62,918 nucleotides of DNA. It comes from a virus. Its lineage: Duplodnaviria > Caudoviricetes. Positions 19,886 to 28,823 of this stretch are shown here, piece by piece. The position numbers and the translations under genes were made by a program. Under the pieces are notes generated by a model. It made no database searches and was not told the DNA's origin. It saw nothing but the letters and a program-made list of their open reading frames with translations. How positions within the stretch are numbered: the first letter of the stretch is position 1; each line of letters opens with the position of its first letter. The DNA is taken from positions 1 to 62,918 of IMG/VR virus record IMGVR_UViG_3300048848_000227, one strand, 5' to 3'.

Positions 19886-20619
19886 CCAACTTCAACCCCC
19901 TCGCCACCGCCGCCATCGGCCACAACCAGCCGCCCGCCACGCCCTTCGACCTCATCAAGCAGGAGATCGAAGACCTCTTCGACGAGGCCCGACACTTCTG
20001 CGACGGCGAAGCAATCGCCGACGAGGCAACGGCTGCCGCCATTACCGAACTGCACGACCGGATCCACGCGGCCGGGTCCAAGGCCGACAAGCTGCGTGTC
20101 GAAGAAAAGGCACCGCTCGACGAAGCCGTGAAGGCCGTCCAAGCCAAGTACGCGCCGCTGATATCCGACACGAAGTCCGCCAAGGGCAAAGTCGTGCTCG
20201 GCAAGGAGGCGTGCCAGACGCTGCTCACGCCATGGCGCACCGCCAAAGCCCTGGCAGCTCAGAAGGAAGCCGCCCGCATCGCAGAGGAGGCCGCTGAGGC
20301 GCGTCGCAAGGCGGACGCGGCCATCCAGTCCAGCAGCGGCAACTTGGCCGCCCGTGAGGAAGCTGAGGCTGTTCTAGCCGACGCCAAGCGGCTGGAGCGC
20401 GGTGCGAAGAAGGCGGACAAGGCTGCGACCACGGGGACGGGTTTGCGGACTGTATATGACGTCGTGCTGGTGGACGAGGAATCCGCTATGGATTGGCTGT
20501 GGGGGCGGGCCAAGCAGGAGGTGCTGGCCGTCGCGCAGCGGAATGCTGAGGAGCTTGTGCGCTCGGGTGCGCGGAACGTGCCGGGGTTTCGGGTGGACGA
20601 GCGGAAGGTGGCTCGGTGA
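19882..20619 (+). CDS. Coiled-coil phage protein
   Basis: IGHNQPP N-terminus, Ala/Glu-rich helix, VPGFRV C-terminus. Confidence 0.75.
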   Translation: MTNFNPLATAAIGHNQPPATPFDLIKQEIEDLFDEARHFCDGEAIADEATAAAITELHDRIHAAGSKADKLRVEEKAPLDEAVKAVQAKYAPLISDTKSAKGKVVLGKEACQTLLTPWRTAKALAAQKEAARIAEEAAEARRKADAAIQSSSGNLAAREEAEAVLADAKRLERGAKKADKAATTGTGLRTVYDVVLVDEESAMDWLWGRAKQEVLAVAQRNAEELVRSGARNVPGFRVDERKVAR

Positions 20620-20822
20620 TGCTGCAAGCGAGAGTTGAGAAATCCACCGACAACCAATTCTACATCACGCCTATCGGGGCCGGGGGATATGGCATTGCGT
20701 TCAAGGAGGAATGGCAGGCCGATCGGATCGCAGATGCCATCAATGATGCTTATGCGCGAGGCGCCAACGAACTGCGCAGCTCTTTGCGTGAACTTCTTGG
20801 CGCCGCTCAGGAGGAGGAATAA
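20616..20822 (+). CDS. Hypothetical protein
   Basis: Coupled 68 aa ORF. Confidence 0.55.
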   Translation: MMLQARVEKSTDNQFYITPIGAGGYGIAFKEEWQADRIADAINDAYARGANELRSSLRELLGAAQEEE

Positions 20823-21127
20823 TGGGCGCGCCAACGGATGAGGGGCATGGGCAGTGGCCGATGATCACTGACACGTCGCCATGCCCACGTTGCGGAGAGG
20901 CTGGCCTTTGGCGCGACCACGCTGATGTGGGCGTGGGGATCATCCACGGCCCATACGGCTGCCCGTGCTGCGGTTGGTCGGAGAGTGAGGAATACGACCT
21001 GCAGAAAGGCGGAGGCCTGCAGGAGAACGGCTCGTATCTGGACCCGTACGGCGGGCTGCTGCCGGCGGGAAACCCAATTGCCATGATGCTGGCGCGGGAG
21101 GCCAAGGCCACCACTGCCGCGCCATAG
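20822..21127 (+). CDS. Zn-ribbon hypothetical protein
   Basis: CPRCG..DVGVG..GCPCCGW; GGAGG RBS. Confidence 0.7.
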   Translation: MGAPTDEGHGQWPMITDTSPCPRCGEAGLWRDHADVGVGIIHGPYGCPCCGWSESEEYDLQKGGGLQENGSYLDPYGGLLPAGNPIAMMLAREAKATTAAP

Positions 21128-21330
21128 CGCGCAGTCGGGCCATTCCCGATCGGGAACATTCGCCGCTATACCGCGATAAACTTCTTATAATTGTCCCGTT
21201 CGGGATGAACCCCACATCGCTAACCACCACCCCACAGGCAATTAACCGCCCAAATCGCCCTTAATTGCTGCCAGCACAAAAGCCGCGCGCCACCAACGCG
21301 CGGTTCACCACACCACAATGAGGAGACAAC

Positions 21331-21909
21331 ATGACAAACCCGCTACCGGCCGGGAGATATGGCGCGATTCTATGCGACCCCCCATGGTCCTTCCGCACCT
21401 ACGGCAAACAAGACGTCGCGCCCGCTCGAGGCGCGCAACCCTATTCCGTTATGTCGCTTGCCGACATCAAGGCGCTGCCCGTCCAAGACGTCGCGGCGCC
21501 GAACTGCTTGCTGTTCATGTGGACGGTCAGCCACCTGCAGGCCGCAGCCACCGACGTCGCTCGAGCTTGGGGTTTCGAGCCCGTGTCGATCGCCTTCGTA
21601 TGGGACAAGGGCCGCATGGGCATGGGGTACTGGACGCGCCAGGAGGTTGAGATCTGCCACCTGTTCAAGCGCGGCCGCCCGTCGCGCAAGAGCAAGGGCG
21701 TTCGTCAGGTCATCCGTGCGACCCGGCGCGAGCACAGCCGCAAGCCAGACGAGCAGTACGCCCGCATCGAGGCGCTGGTCGAAGGGCCTTATCTCGAGAT
21801 GTTCGCGCGGCAGCCGTGGGACGGTTGGGCGGCGTGGGGCAACGAGACGAGGAAGTATGGGGCTGCCGTGGCGGCGAACGACAACGCGAAGATGGAGGTG
21901 GCGGCGTGA
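21331..21909 (+). CDS. MT-A70-family adenine methyltransferase
   Basis: DPPW, LFMW, GMGYWTR, REHSRKP, YLEMFAR, WGNE. Confidence 0.92.
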   Translation: MTNPLPAGRYGAILCDPPWSFRTYGKQDVAPARGAQPYSVMSLADIKALPVQDVAAPNCLLFMWTVSHLQAAATDVARAWGFEPVSIAFVWDKGRMGMGYWTRQEVEICHLFKRGRPSRKSKGVRQVIRATRREHSRKPDEQYARIEALVEGPYLEMFARQPWDGWAAWGNETRKYGAAVAANDNAKMEVAA

Positions 21910-22697
21910 TTGAGCTTCATAATGGCGACTGCCTCGAGATCCTGCCAACGCTCGCGGCGGGCTCGGTGGACATGGTGCTGTGTGACCTCCCGTACGGGAC
22001 GACGCAGAACAAATGGGACGCTGTAATCCCTTTTGAACCGCTATGGCGTGAATACCGCCGCGTTTTACGCAAGGGAGGTATAGTTGCGCTTACTGCCAGC
22101 CAGCCTTTCACTTCGGCGCTCGTAATGAGCAACCCGAAAATGTTCAAACACGAATGGATATGGCTAAAAAACCGGGGCAGTAACTTCGCCAACACGGTTA
22201 GAGAGCCCATGAAGGAGCACGAGTCCGTACTGATATTCTCAGATGGCAAGTGGAACTACAACAAGCAGATGCAGGAACGCACTGGCGGCGGGTTGAGTCG
22301 TGCTGGCTATTCCATTGAGCAATTCACCGACTCTGCCAATTACGGATCAATGAAGCCAGAGCGCAAGTTAGGGCTCCCCGAACTCCGAGTTCCATCCTCT
22401 TGGCAGAAATTCAACACCGAAGTCGGCCACCACCCCACCCAAAAGCCCGTCGCCCTCATGGAATACCTGATCCGCACCTATACGAACGAGGGCGAAACGG
22501 TGCTCGACAACACCATGGGCAGCGGAACAACCGGCGTCGCCTGCCGTAACACGGCCAGAAGATTTATCGGCATCGAGCGCGATCCCGTCTATTTCGCAGT
22601 CGCCGAGCGGCGCATCCACAACTCCGCCGCTACGCCAGTTGCAGCCACCACGCCTACCCCAGCCAACGACAACGACCTGTTCGGGGTGGCAGCATGA
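21906..22697 (+). CDS. N4/N6 DNA methyltransferase (beta class)
   Basis: GDCLE, DLPYG, HPTQKP, VLDNTMGSGTTG. Confidence 0.93.
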   Translation: MIELHNGDCLEILPTLAAGSVDMVLCDLPYGTTQNKWDAVIPFEPLWREYRRVLRKGGIVALTASQPFTSALVMSNPKMFKHEWIWLKNRGSNFANTVREPMKEHESVLIFSDGKWNYNKQMQERTGGGLSRAGYSIEQFTDSANYGSMKPERKLGLPELRVPSSWQKFNTEVGHHPTQKPVALMEYLIRTYTNEGETVLDNTMGSGTTGVACRNTARRFIGIERDPVYFAVAERRIHNSAATPVAATTPTPANDNDLFGVAA

Positions 22698-23080
22698 CCA
22701 AGATAAATCTTAACAAGCCCATCCTCCCCGTCTTCCCGACCCAGGACGAGCACGGCAACCCGACGACCTGCCGCATCTGCTCCATGCGTGCGATGGGCGC
22801 CGGCATTGGTGACATGTCGCGTGGCGACAAGGACCCGGCATACCTCTGCGTCGAGTGCGCCGTGCTCGTCGAGGCTGTTCGTAGCATGCGACGGTTCGAT
22901 CTCTACGAGCTGAAGGCATTGGATGGCTGCGTCGCCGCAGTGGGGGATTTCCTAACCGACCGCGGCATCACTGACCTAGCGCTGCTCGATGAATTGGACG
23001 CCCGCATGCTCTGCAAGCGGGTGGTCATGGCGTTTGGCGATACGCTTCGGCGGATATTGAGAGAGGAGAGCCCGTTTTGA
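22694..23080 (+). CDS. Zn-binding hypothetical protein
   Basis: CRIC...CVEC; coupled ORF. Confidence 0.7.
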   Translation: MTKINLNKPILPVFPTQDEHGNPTTCRICSMRAMGAGIGDMSRGDKDPAYLCVECAVLVEAVRSMRRFDLYELKALDGCVAAVGDFLTDRGITDLALLDELDARMLCKRVVMAFGDTLRRILREESPF

Positions 23081-23274
23081 TGGATCTCAAGATCAGGAAC
23101 ACCCCGCCGGACGCATGGGAGGCTGCGGCCGCATTGGCTGCCCGTTTCGTCAAGGAATATCCGGAGCGCGTGGGGGTTGGAGCAGGCGTTGCCTACACCA
23201 AGCGCGGCAGCCCGACATTCTATGTCTATCGGACGAAGACGAGCATCGTGGTGCTTGGGGAGGAGAAGGGATGA
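23077..23274 (+). CDS. Hypothetical protein
   Basis: Coupled 65 aa ORF. Confidence 0.6.
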   Translation: MMDLKIRNTPPDAWEAAAALAARFVKEYPERVGVGAGVAYTKRGSPTFYVYRTKTSIVVLGEEKG

Positions 23275-23873
23275 TGGAGCTAGGAAAACCGGATGCGCAA
23301 GACGCTCCAATCAAGAGAGAACGCAAACCCATCCCGCAAGGCGTAAGGTTTGACGTCTTTCGACGTGACAACTTTGCTTGCGTCTACTGCGGACGGGGCT
23401 CTCCAGATGTCACGCTGCATTGCGACCACAGGGTTGCTCACTCAAAAGGCGGGAGCGATGATCCGTCAAATCTGGTCACGGCGTGTAGTGACTGCAACTA
23501 TGGAAAGAGTGCGAAGACTGTGAAAACAACAAACTCCCGCCCGAAAGTTGCAAATGATAACGCGCTGGTCGGGCTGTTCGGCCATACCCGCGATGCTGAT
23601 GGCAAGATAGATCACCAGTTCGAGATTACCGGAATGGTTGGTAGTGATTTTTGCACCATTCAGCTTTTCTCGTGGATGGATGGGCGCCCTACCAAGGTTG
23701 AAATGGTTAGGATTTGCGATTTCAGCCTTGCCTCATATACGCTTTACCCTTCTCAAGATGAGTGGCACTGGACGTGGGCTTTAGAGGCTGCACGAGAAGA
23801 CGGACGAGGGGCATCCTGGGCGCGCAAGACGTTCAGGCTTACGACCGGAAGAGAATATGGGGAAGCAGCATGA
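23271..23873 (+). CDS. HNH endonuclease with C-terminal extension
   Basis: RDNFACVYCG..CDHRV..NLVTACSDCN. Confidence 0.88.
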   Translation: MMELGKPDAQDAPIKRERKPIPQGVRFDVFRRDNFACVYCGRGSPDVTLHCDHRVAHSKGGSDDPSNLVTACSDCNYGKSAKTVKTTNSRPKVANDNALVGLFGHTRDADGKIDHQFEITGMVGSDFCTIQLFSWMDGRPTKVEMVRICDFSLASYTLYPSQDEWHWTWALEAAREDGRGASWARKTFRLTTGREYGEAA

Positions 23874-24295
23874 CCACACCTAAAGACCTGGCGCCATACA
23901 CGTGCTTGGCCAGTGATCTGGCTCCGCACAGGAGACCCAGTCACGGCCTTCGCTGCTCGAACATGACGGGAGAAGTCGCGCTTGGTCGCGTACGCTGCGC
24001 CAACGGGCTGTTTCAGTATAAGGCTTACTGCATGGACTGCGGCCGCGTCGGCACAAACTTCCTGCATAGCGACGTCGAGGGCCTGGACGTTGATCGGATC
24101 CCGGTAATTCGAGATCGTGACAAGGTGCCATGTGAGCGTTGCGGATCGGAAGAAGGTTCTGAGGCCCACCACTGGGCGCCGTCCCACCTCTTCGAAGACT
24201 CGCTGGAATGGCCGACCAGCCATTTATGCCGGAAGTGCCACATGCTTTGGCATTCCGTCGTCACGCCGAAAATGCACGCAAGGAGGGCAGCATGA
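23870..24295 (+). CDS. Zn-finger protein (HNH-like C-terminus)
   Basis: CMDC, CERCG..HHW..LCRKCH. Confidence 0.65.
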   Translation: MTTPKDLAPYTCLASDLAPHRRPSHGLRCSNMTGEVALGRVRCANGLFQYKAYCMDCGRVGTNFLHSDVEGLDVDRIPVIRDRDKVPCERCGSEEGSEAHHWAPSHLFEDSLEWPTSHLCRKCHMLWHSVVTPKMHARRAA

Positions 24296-26697
24296 GGCCA
24301 ACATCAACAAGCCCATATGCATCCGTGGGGCAGCGGCTCGTCAACATGGGTTACTCCGCTGTGCCGGTTCTTCCGGGGAGCAAGCGGCCGGGCCAGTACG
24401 CACGAGGGCAATGGTACGGGGAGAACGACTGGCAGCGCTTCGGCGACCGGTTGCCGACGCACTTTGAAGTTCCCATCTGGTCGACTTGGCCGGACGCGGG
24501 CGTCTGCATCGTGCTGGACGACATCGTCAAGGTCGTCGACATCGACTCGGACGACGAAGACCTGATTGCCGCCGTTCTGTCCGTCATGCCTCATAGCCCT
24601 GTGCGCAAGCGCGGGGCTAAAGGCTTTTCGGTGTTCTACCGCGGATCGCCGGAGATCGTCTCAAAGCCATTCAACATCAAGCTGGCCGGCGCTTCAAAGC
24701 CCATGCGCGCTGTGGATCTACTGGCCAAGGGGCGGCAGACGGTGCTGCCCCCTACGATCCACCCGGAAACAGACGCGCCGTACGTCTGGATTGACGACGA
24801 CTCGCTTGCGGATCTTGAGCCGCAAGACTTGCCGGTGCTGCCCGATGACATCGACGTGAGGATTGCGGCGGCTCTTGAGCCATTCGGCTTTACCGAGGAG
24901 GAGGTCAAGCGCGACTTCATAGGGGTGGAGACGGGCGACAGCGTATGGCGCGAGATCAAGGATACGGCGCTGGCCAACCTGCACTTGTGGGTTCCGGATC
25001 TCGGCATCCCCCTTGGCCGGCATACGGGCCGCGGCGCCTATCGCGGTGCGGCGACGTGGCGGGGCGGCGACGGGTTCAACGTGTCGTTCCATCAGGACGG
25101 CATTCGGGACATGGCGCAGGATCTCGGCCTGACGCCTATCGACGTGGTGATGAAAGCCCGCGGCATGACGGACATGGACGCGCTGGCTTGGCTGAAGAGC
25201 AAGCTTGGCTATGTCGACCCATGGCTGCCGTCGCTCGACTTCAGCCTGATCATTAAGAACGGCTACGCGAAGAAAGGGCCGGTCATTGATGAGGCAGATC
25301 TGCAGGAGGAGCCGGAAGTCGTGGATGCGGAGACGGGCGAGATCCTGCCAGCAACCACGGCAACGACAGCGGCAACAGCAGCAACAATAGCACCAACCGC
25401 GATTGCAACGACGGCCGGAGGCCTGCCCCCGCACCTCTGCGAGGTGCCCGGCCTCGTCGGCCAGATCGTCGAATGGCTGAACCTAACGGCCCGCAACCCG
25501 TCGCCAACGCTCAACCTCGGCGCGGCGCTGGCCTATGTCGGGGCGCTGGCCGGTAGGCGCTACGAGGGGCCGACAGGGTTGCGCAGCAACGTCTACGTCG
25601 TTGGCCTGGCCGCATCAGGCTTCGGTAAGGAGCATCCGCGTGCGGGCGTCAAGGCACTGGCCAGCGCAAGCGGCACTCTGGCCAAGTTCTTCGGCGGCAA
25701 CAAGATCTCGTCGTCGTCCGCGCTCCGCAACCGCGTCAAGCAGAACCCATCGCTCGTCTATATGATCGACGAGTTCGGCGGGTTCATGCGCAAGGTGACG
25801 TCGCCGAAGTCGGGCAACCACGAGAAGGAAATCGCGGAAGACTTGCTGGAAATGACCGGCACGGCCGGGTCCATCTTCATGGGTGCCGACTACGCGCAGA
25901 ACCTTGCCGAGCCGATCCACAACCCGAATGTCTGCATCTATGGCACGTCGACGCCGGACGCCTTCTGGAAGGCTCTGGCCAGCGGTAGCGTGGCCGACGG
26001 CTTCTTGCCCCGCTTCATCATGCTGGACGCAGGCGTGACCAGACCGGAGCCTCGAGACCCGCAGGCATCTGTCAACAACCCGCCGTCTGCGTTGATAGAG
26101 GACATCCAGTCCTTCGCGGTGCACAAGTTCGGCAGCAAGCTGAACGGTGTTCTCGCGTCCGGCAGTATGTCCATGAAGCCGATACCTGCCGAGTGGGGCG
26201 AAGGCGCAAAGAGGGTTTTCGATCTGCTCGTCGATCGCATGTTCAAGACGATGGACTCGAGTTCGAAAGACCTGGAGCCGATCTATGCGCGTGTCGCGGA
26301 GAACAGCGTGCGGCTTGCGCTTATCATTGCGGCGGGTGTGGACTACCAGCGGCCCGTCATATCCGAGGGCATCATGCAGTGGGCTGCGGACGTCGCGCAG
26401 AGGTCATCGCTTATGATGATCGAGCAGGCCGAAGAGCGCATGGCGGACAATGACAGGCAGGCCGAATACAAGCGTGTGAGGTCGATCATCGATAGGGCTG
26501 GACCAAAGGGAACCGTCGCCAACGACGTGGCCCGTGCGCTGAACGGGATCATGGACAGGCGCCGCATGCACGACATCATAGACCAGCTGACGGAGGCTGG
26601 CCAGATCGTGGAAGGCATCGTGCGGGCGCAGAACGGGCGCAGCCTAAAGCGGCTGTGGAGCGACAAGAATGCCCCTAGTATGTTAGATGCGGCTTAA
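24292..26697 (+). CDS. Prim-Pol primase fused to a P-loop helicase-like domain
   Basis: VVDID, GRQTVLPPTIHP, ASGFGKE, MIDEFG, DGFLPRF. Confidence 0.88.
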   Translation: MRPTSTSPYASVGQRLVNMGYSAVPVLPGSKRPGQYARGQWYGENDWQRFGDRLPTHFEVPIWSTWPDAGVCIVLDDIVKVVDIDSDDEDLIAAVLSVMPHSPVRKRGAKGFSVFYRGSPEIVSKPFNIKLAGASKPMRAVDLLAKGRQTVLPPTIHPETDAPYVWIDDDSLADLEPQDLPVLPDDIDVRIAAALEPFGFTEEEVKRDFIGVETGDSVWREIKDTALANLHLWVPDLGIPLGRHTGRGAYRGAATWRGGDGFNVSFHQDGIRDMAQDLGLTPIDVVMKARGMTDMDALAWLKSKLGYVDPWLPSLDFSLIIKNGYAKKGPVIDEADLQEEPEVVDAETGEILPATTATTAATAATIAPTAIATTAGGLPPHLCEVPGLVGQIVEWLNLTARNPSPTLNLGAALAYVGALAGRRYEGPTGLRSNVYVVGLAASGFGKEHPRAGVKALASASGTLAKFFGGNKISSSSALRNRVKQNPSLVYMIDEFGGFMRKVTSPKSGNHEKEIAEDLLEMTGTAGSIFMGADYAQNLAEPIHNPNVCIYGTSTPDAFWKALASGSVADGFLPRFIMLDAGVTRPEPRDPQASVNNPPSALIEDIQSFAVHKFGSKLNGVLASGSMSMKPIPAEWGEGAKRVFDLLVDRMFKTMDSSSKDLEPIYARVAENSVRLALIIAAGVDYQRPVISEGIMQWAADVAQRSSLMMIEQAEERMADNDRQAEYKRVRSIIDRAGPKGTVANDVARALNGIMDRRRMHDIIDQLTEAGQIVEGIVRAQNGRSLKRLWSDKNAPSMLDAA

Positions 26698-26701
26698 AGA
26701 A

Positions 26702-26932
26702 TTGGGGGCGGAAAAGGGAGGACGCTTCCTCCCCCAACTCCCCCAAAACACCGAATTGGGGGAGGAAAGGGCGGAAGCGTTTCCGCCCCCAATGAATGCA
26801 TTTTTATATAACAATATCATATATATAAGGTAGTTGGGGGAGGAAAGGGAGGTGAAGTAGTTTTCTAGTGAAAATCATGTAATACTATAACGTTTTGAGG
26901 GTATATACGTGTGAGTCCTCCTCCTCCCCCAA
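26702..26932. repeat. Iteron-like repeats flanking an AT-rich core: candidate replication origin
   Basis: TTGGGGG(C/A)GGAA at 26702, 26756, 26834; inverted copies at 26726, 26781, 26921; AT-rich 26793-26830. Confidence 0.7.
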
Positions 26933-26972
26933 TTCAATTTTTACCACACCACACCACCACAGGAGAACCACC

Positions 26973-27434
26973 ATGGCCCGCACCACCCAGACAACGAAGC
27001 TGAACGGCAAGCGCGTAAGGATCGTGACCAGCGCGGCAGGCAAGGTGACCGTGACCGTAGCGCCGCCGAAGGAGTGGGAGCTGCAGGCAGCCCAGATCCG
27101 CGCGCTGCGCGCCATGCCGGAATACGGAAAGCAGTTCCTGTTGGCTGGCGACCAGAACTCAGCCAAGCGCGGCCCGCGTGCGCAGGTCGAGGCCATGTCG
27201 GCAGGCATGACGCCGGGTGAGGCCGATGTGCGGATCTATCTTGCGCACGGGCGGCTGGCAATGGTCGAGAACAAGGTTGGCGTAGGCCGCCTGTCTCCGG
27301 CGCAGGTTACGCGCCATGCCGACCTCAAGCGGCTTGGCCACACGATCGAGGTGGTGCGGGCGGTCACGGCAGAGGAAGCGGCCGCCAAGATGGTTGCTCT
27401 GGTGCGGGGTTGGCTTGCGGCTAACGATGGTTGA
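26973..27434 (+). CDS. VRR-NUC domain nuclease
   Basis: EWELQ, GMTPGEAD, VENK, GRLSPAQ. Confidence 0.85.
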   Translation: MARTTQTTKLNGKRVRIVTSAAGKVTVTVAPPKEWELQAAQIRALRAMPEYGKQFLLAGDQNSAKRGPRAQVEAMSAGMTPGEADVRIYLAHGRLAMVENKVGVGRLSPAQVTRHADLKRLGHTIEVVRAVTAEEAAAKMVALVRGWLAANDG

Positions 27435-27549
27435 CGCTGGGAAGGCCTGTGGCGCGTTTTGTGGGTATGGGTGGTGCCATCGGGCGCTTGGGTGTGGCAT
27501 GCGCGTCAGTGGGGCTGTGTGGGTGTTTGTGCTGTTGCTGCTTTACCCA

Positions 27550-27578
27550 TTGACAAATTTGTAAAACGGCCCTATATA
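27550..27578 (+). promoter_or_regulatory. Sigma70 promoter/operator, copy 3
   Basis: TTGACA-17bp-TATATA with the identical 20-mer. Confidence 0.8.
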
Positions 27579-27612
27579 CGATAGACCAACACCACGACGA
27601 GGAGATGATAGC

Positions 27613-27870
27613 ATGGCGGACAGAGCGATTGATGATGGTGGGTACGCTTACCCGTTCAAGTTGGAGCACGAATTCGATAAGGAGTCTGGGGTGCCTACGC
27701 GCACAGAAGTATTCCCGGGCATGAGCCTGCGTGACCATTTCGCTGGCTTGGCTTTACCGGTGGCAAGCAGGCAGTACAGCGTAGATTCGGCTAAGTACCA
27801 CCATCATGTGGCTAGCGAATGCTACGCGCAAGCAGACGCCATGATCGCAGCCCGCAAGGTCACAGCATGA
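27613..27870 (+). CDS. Hypothetical phage protein
   Basis: GG.AYP..GMSLRDHFAG..YAQADAMIAAR motif common in phages. Confidence 0.8.
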   Translation: MADRAIDDGGYAYPFKLEHEFDKESGVPTRTEVFPGMSLRDHFAGLALPVASRQYSVDSAKYHHHVASECYAQADAMIAARKVTA

Positions 27871-28814
27871 CCCAGCCTGACGATCAGATACTTGACGCCT
27901 CTGGGCGAGTGGCCTTCACGGGCGATCAGCCTCACCCATATCGCACCAACACTCGGTTTCGTCGAGTTGATGGTGTTTGGGAGCCGATTGTCGACGCTGC
28001 TGAAGCACGCACATCTAAGCGAGTCTCAACGCCGGATGAGCGCGCCGCAGGTAGGGTGATTTCGGCAACAAAGGCAAAAGCGGAGAAACGAGCCTTGAGC
28101 AAGATCGTTAAGGTCATAGCCAAACGCCAGGACATCGGGGATCCGTCCATTGTGCAAAGCCGTAGCGAAGACTTTCCCCTGGTCGAGGCCTTGCGTCGCG
28201 ACGGACAGGAGGAATTAATCAAGGTGGTGCGGCGCTATCGCAAGCTTGTGGCTCTTTGCGAGGCGGAGCCTTTGAAGGGGCTGGATTACAGCAAGTCCGA
28301 TGGTGGAGAAATCGTCAGGGAGAGCAACAGGCTCACGCCAGAAGCCGACATAGACGAGGCGTCAGCTACAAATTGGCAGAATGTTCCTGACGGGGAATTG
28401 AAGGTTTCGACGAAAATCAAGAAGAGCAAGGGCGCGTATCCGATACCGTCTCGGCGTACGGTCGTAGCTGCCAATGATAACCTGGCGCAATCTCACGTCG
28501 TCCGAACGGAGAGCCTACACGTCAAACTCACAGACGAAGTGCTTAACCAGCATATAGACGCAAAGCCGGTATTGGCAGAACTGCGTGCTTCCCTTGGGCC
28601 ACTGGTTGAGCCTTTCGAGGATGCCGCACTTGGCGGGCGCTCCTACACGGATATCGGCAGGGTTCGTGGCGAGGCGGCAAAGCCAGCCGTAGCTGGCAAG
28701 ACATTAGTGGGCATGGCCATCGGCACTATAGCCATAAAATGGCAGGAGATCGATAAGAAGGCAAAGATTGCCGAGTCCATCGCATTGGCCCGCTTTCGCA
28801 ATCGAGCTGCGTAG
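27867..28814 (+). CDS. Hypothetical protein, possible late-gene regulator
   Basis: 315 aa; weak HTH-like GRSYTDIG near the C-terminus; last gene before the late region (function from position only). Confidence 0.6.
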   Translation: MTQPDDQILDASGRVAFTGDQPHPYRTNTRFRRVDGVWEPIVDAAEARTSKRVSTPDERAAGRVISATKAKAEKRALSKIVKVIAKRQDIGDPSIVQSRSEDFPLVEALRRDGQEELIKVVRRYRKLVALCEAEPLKGLDYSKSDGGEIVRESNRLTPEADIDEASATNWQNVPDGELKVSTKIKKSKGAYPIPSRRTVVAANDNLAQSHVVRTESLHVKLTDEVLNQHIDAKPVLAELRASLGPLVEPFEDAALGGRSYTDIGRVRGEAAKPAVAGKTLVGMAIGTIAIKWQEIDKKAKIAESIALARFRNRAA

Positions 28815-28823
28815 GGTCCGCCA

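Noticed and set aside
25350-25415. GCAAC(A/C/G) repeats in the primase gene
   Set aside because: Encodes a low-complexity Ala/Thr linker
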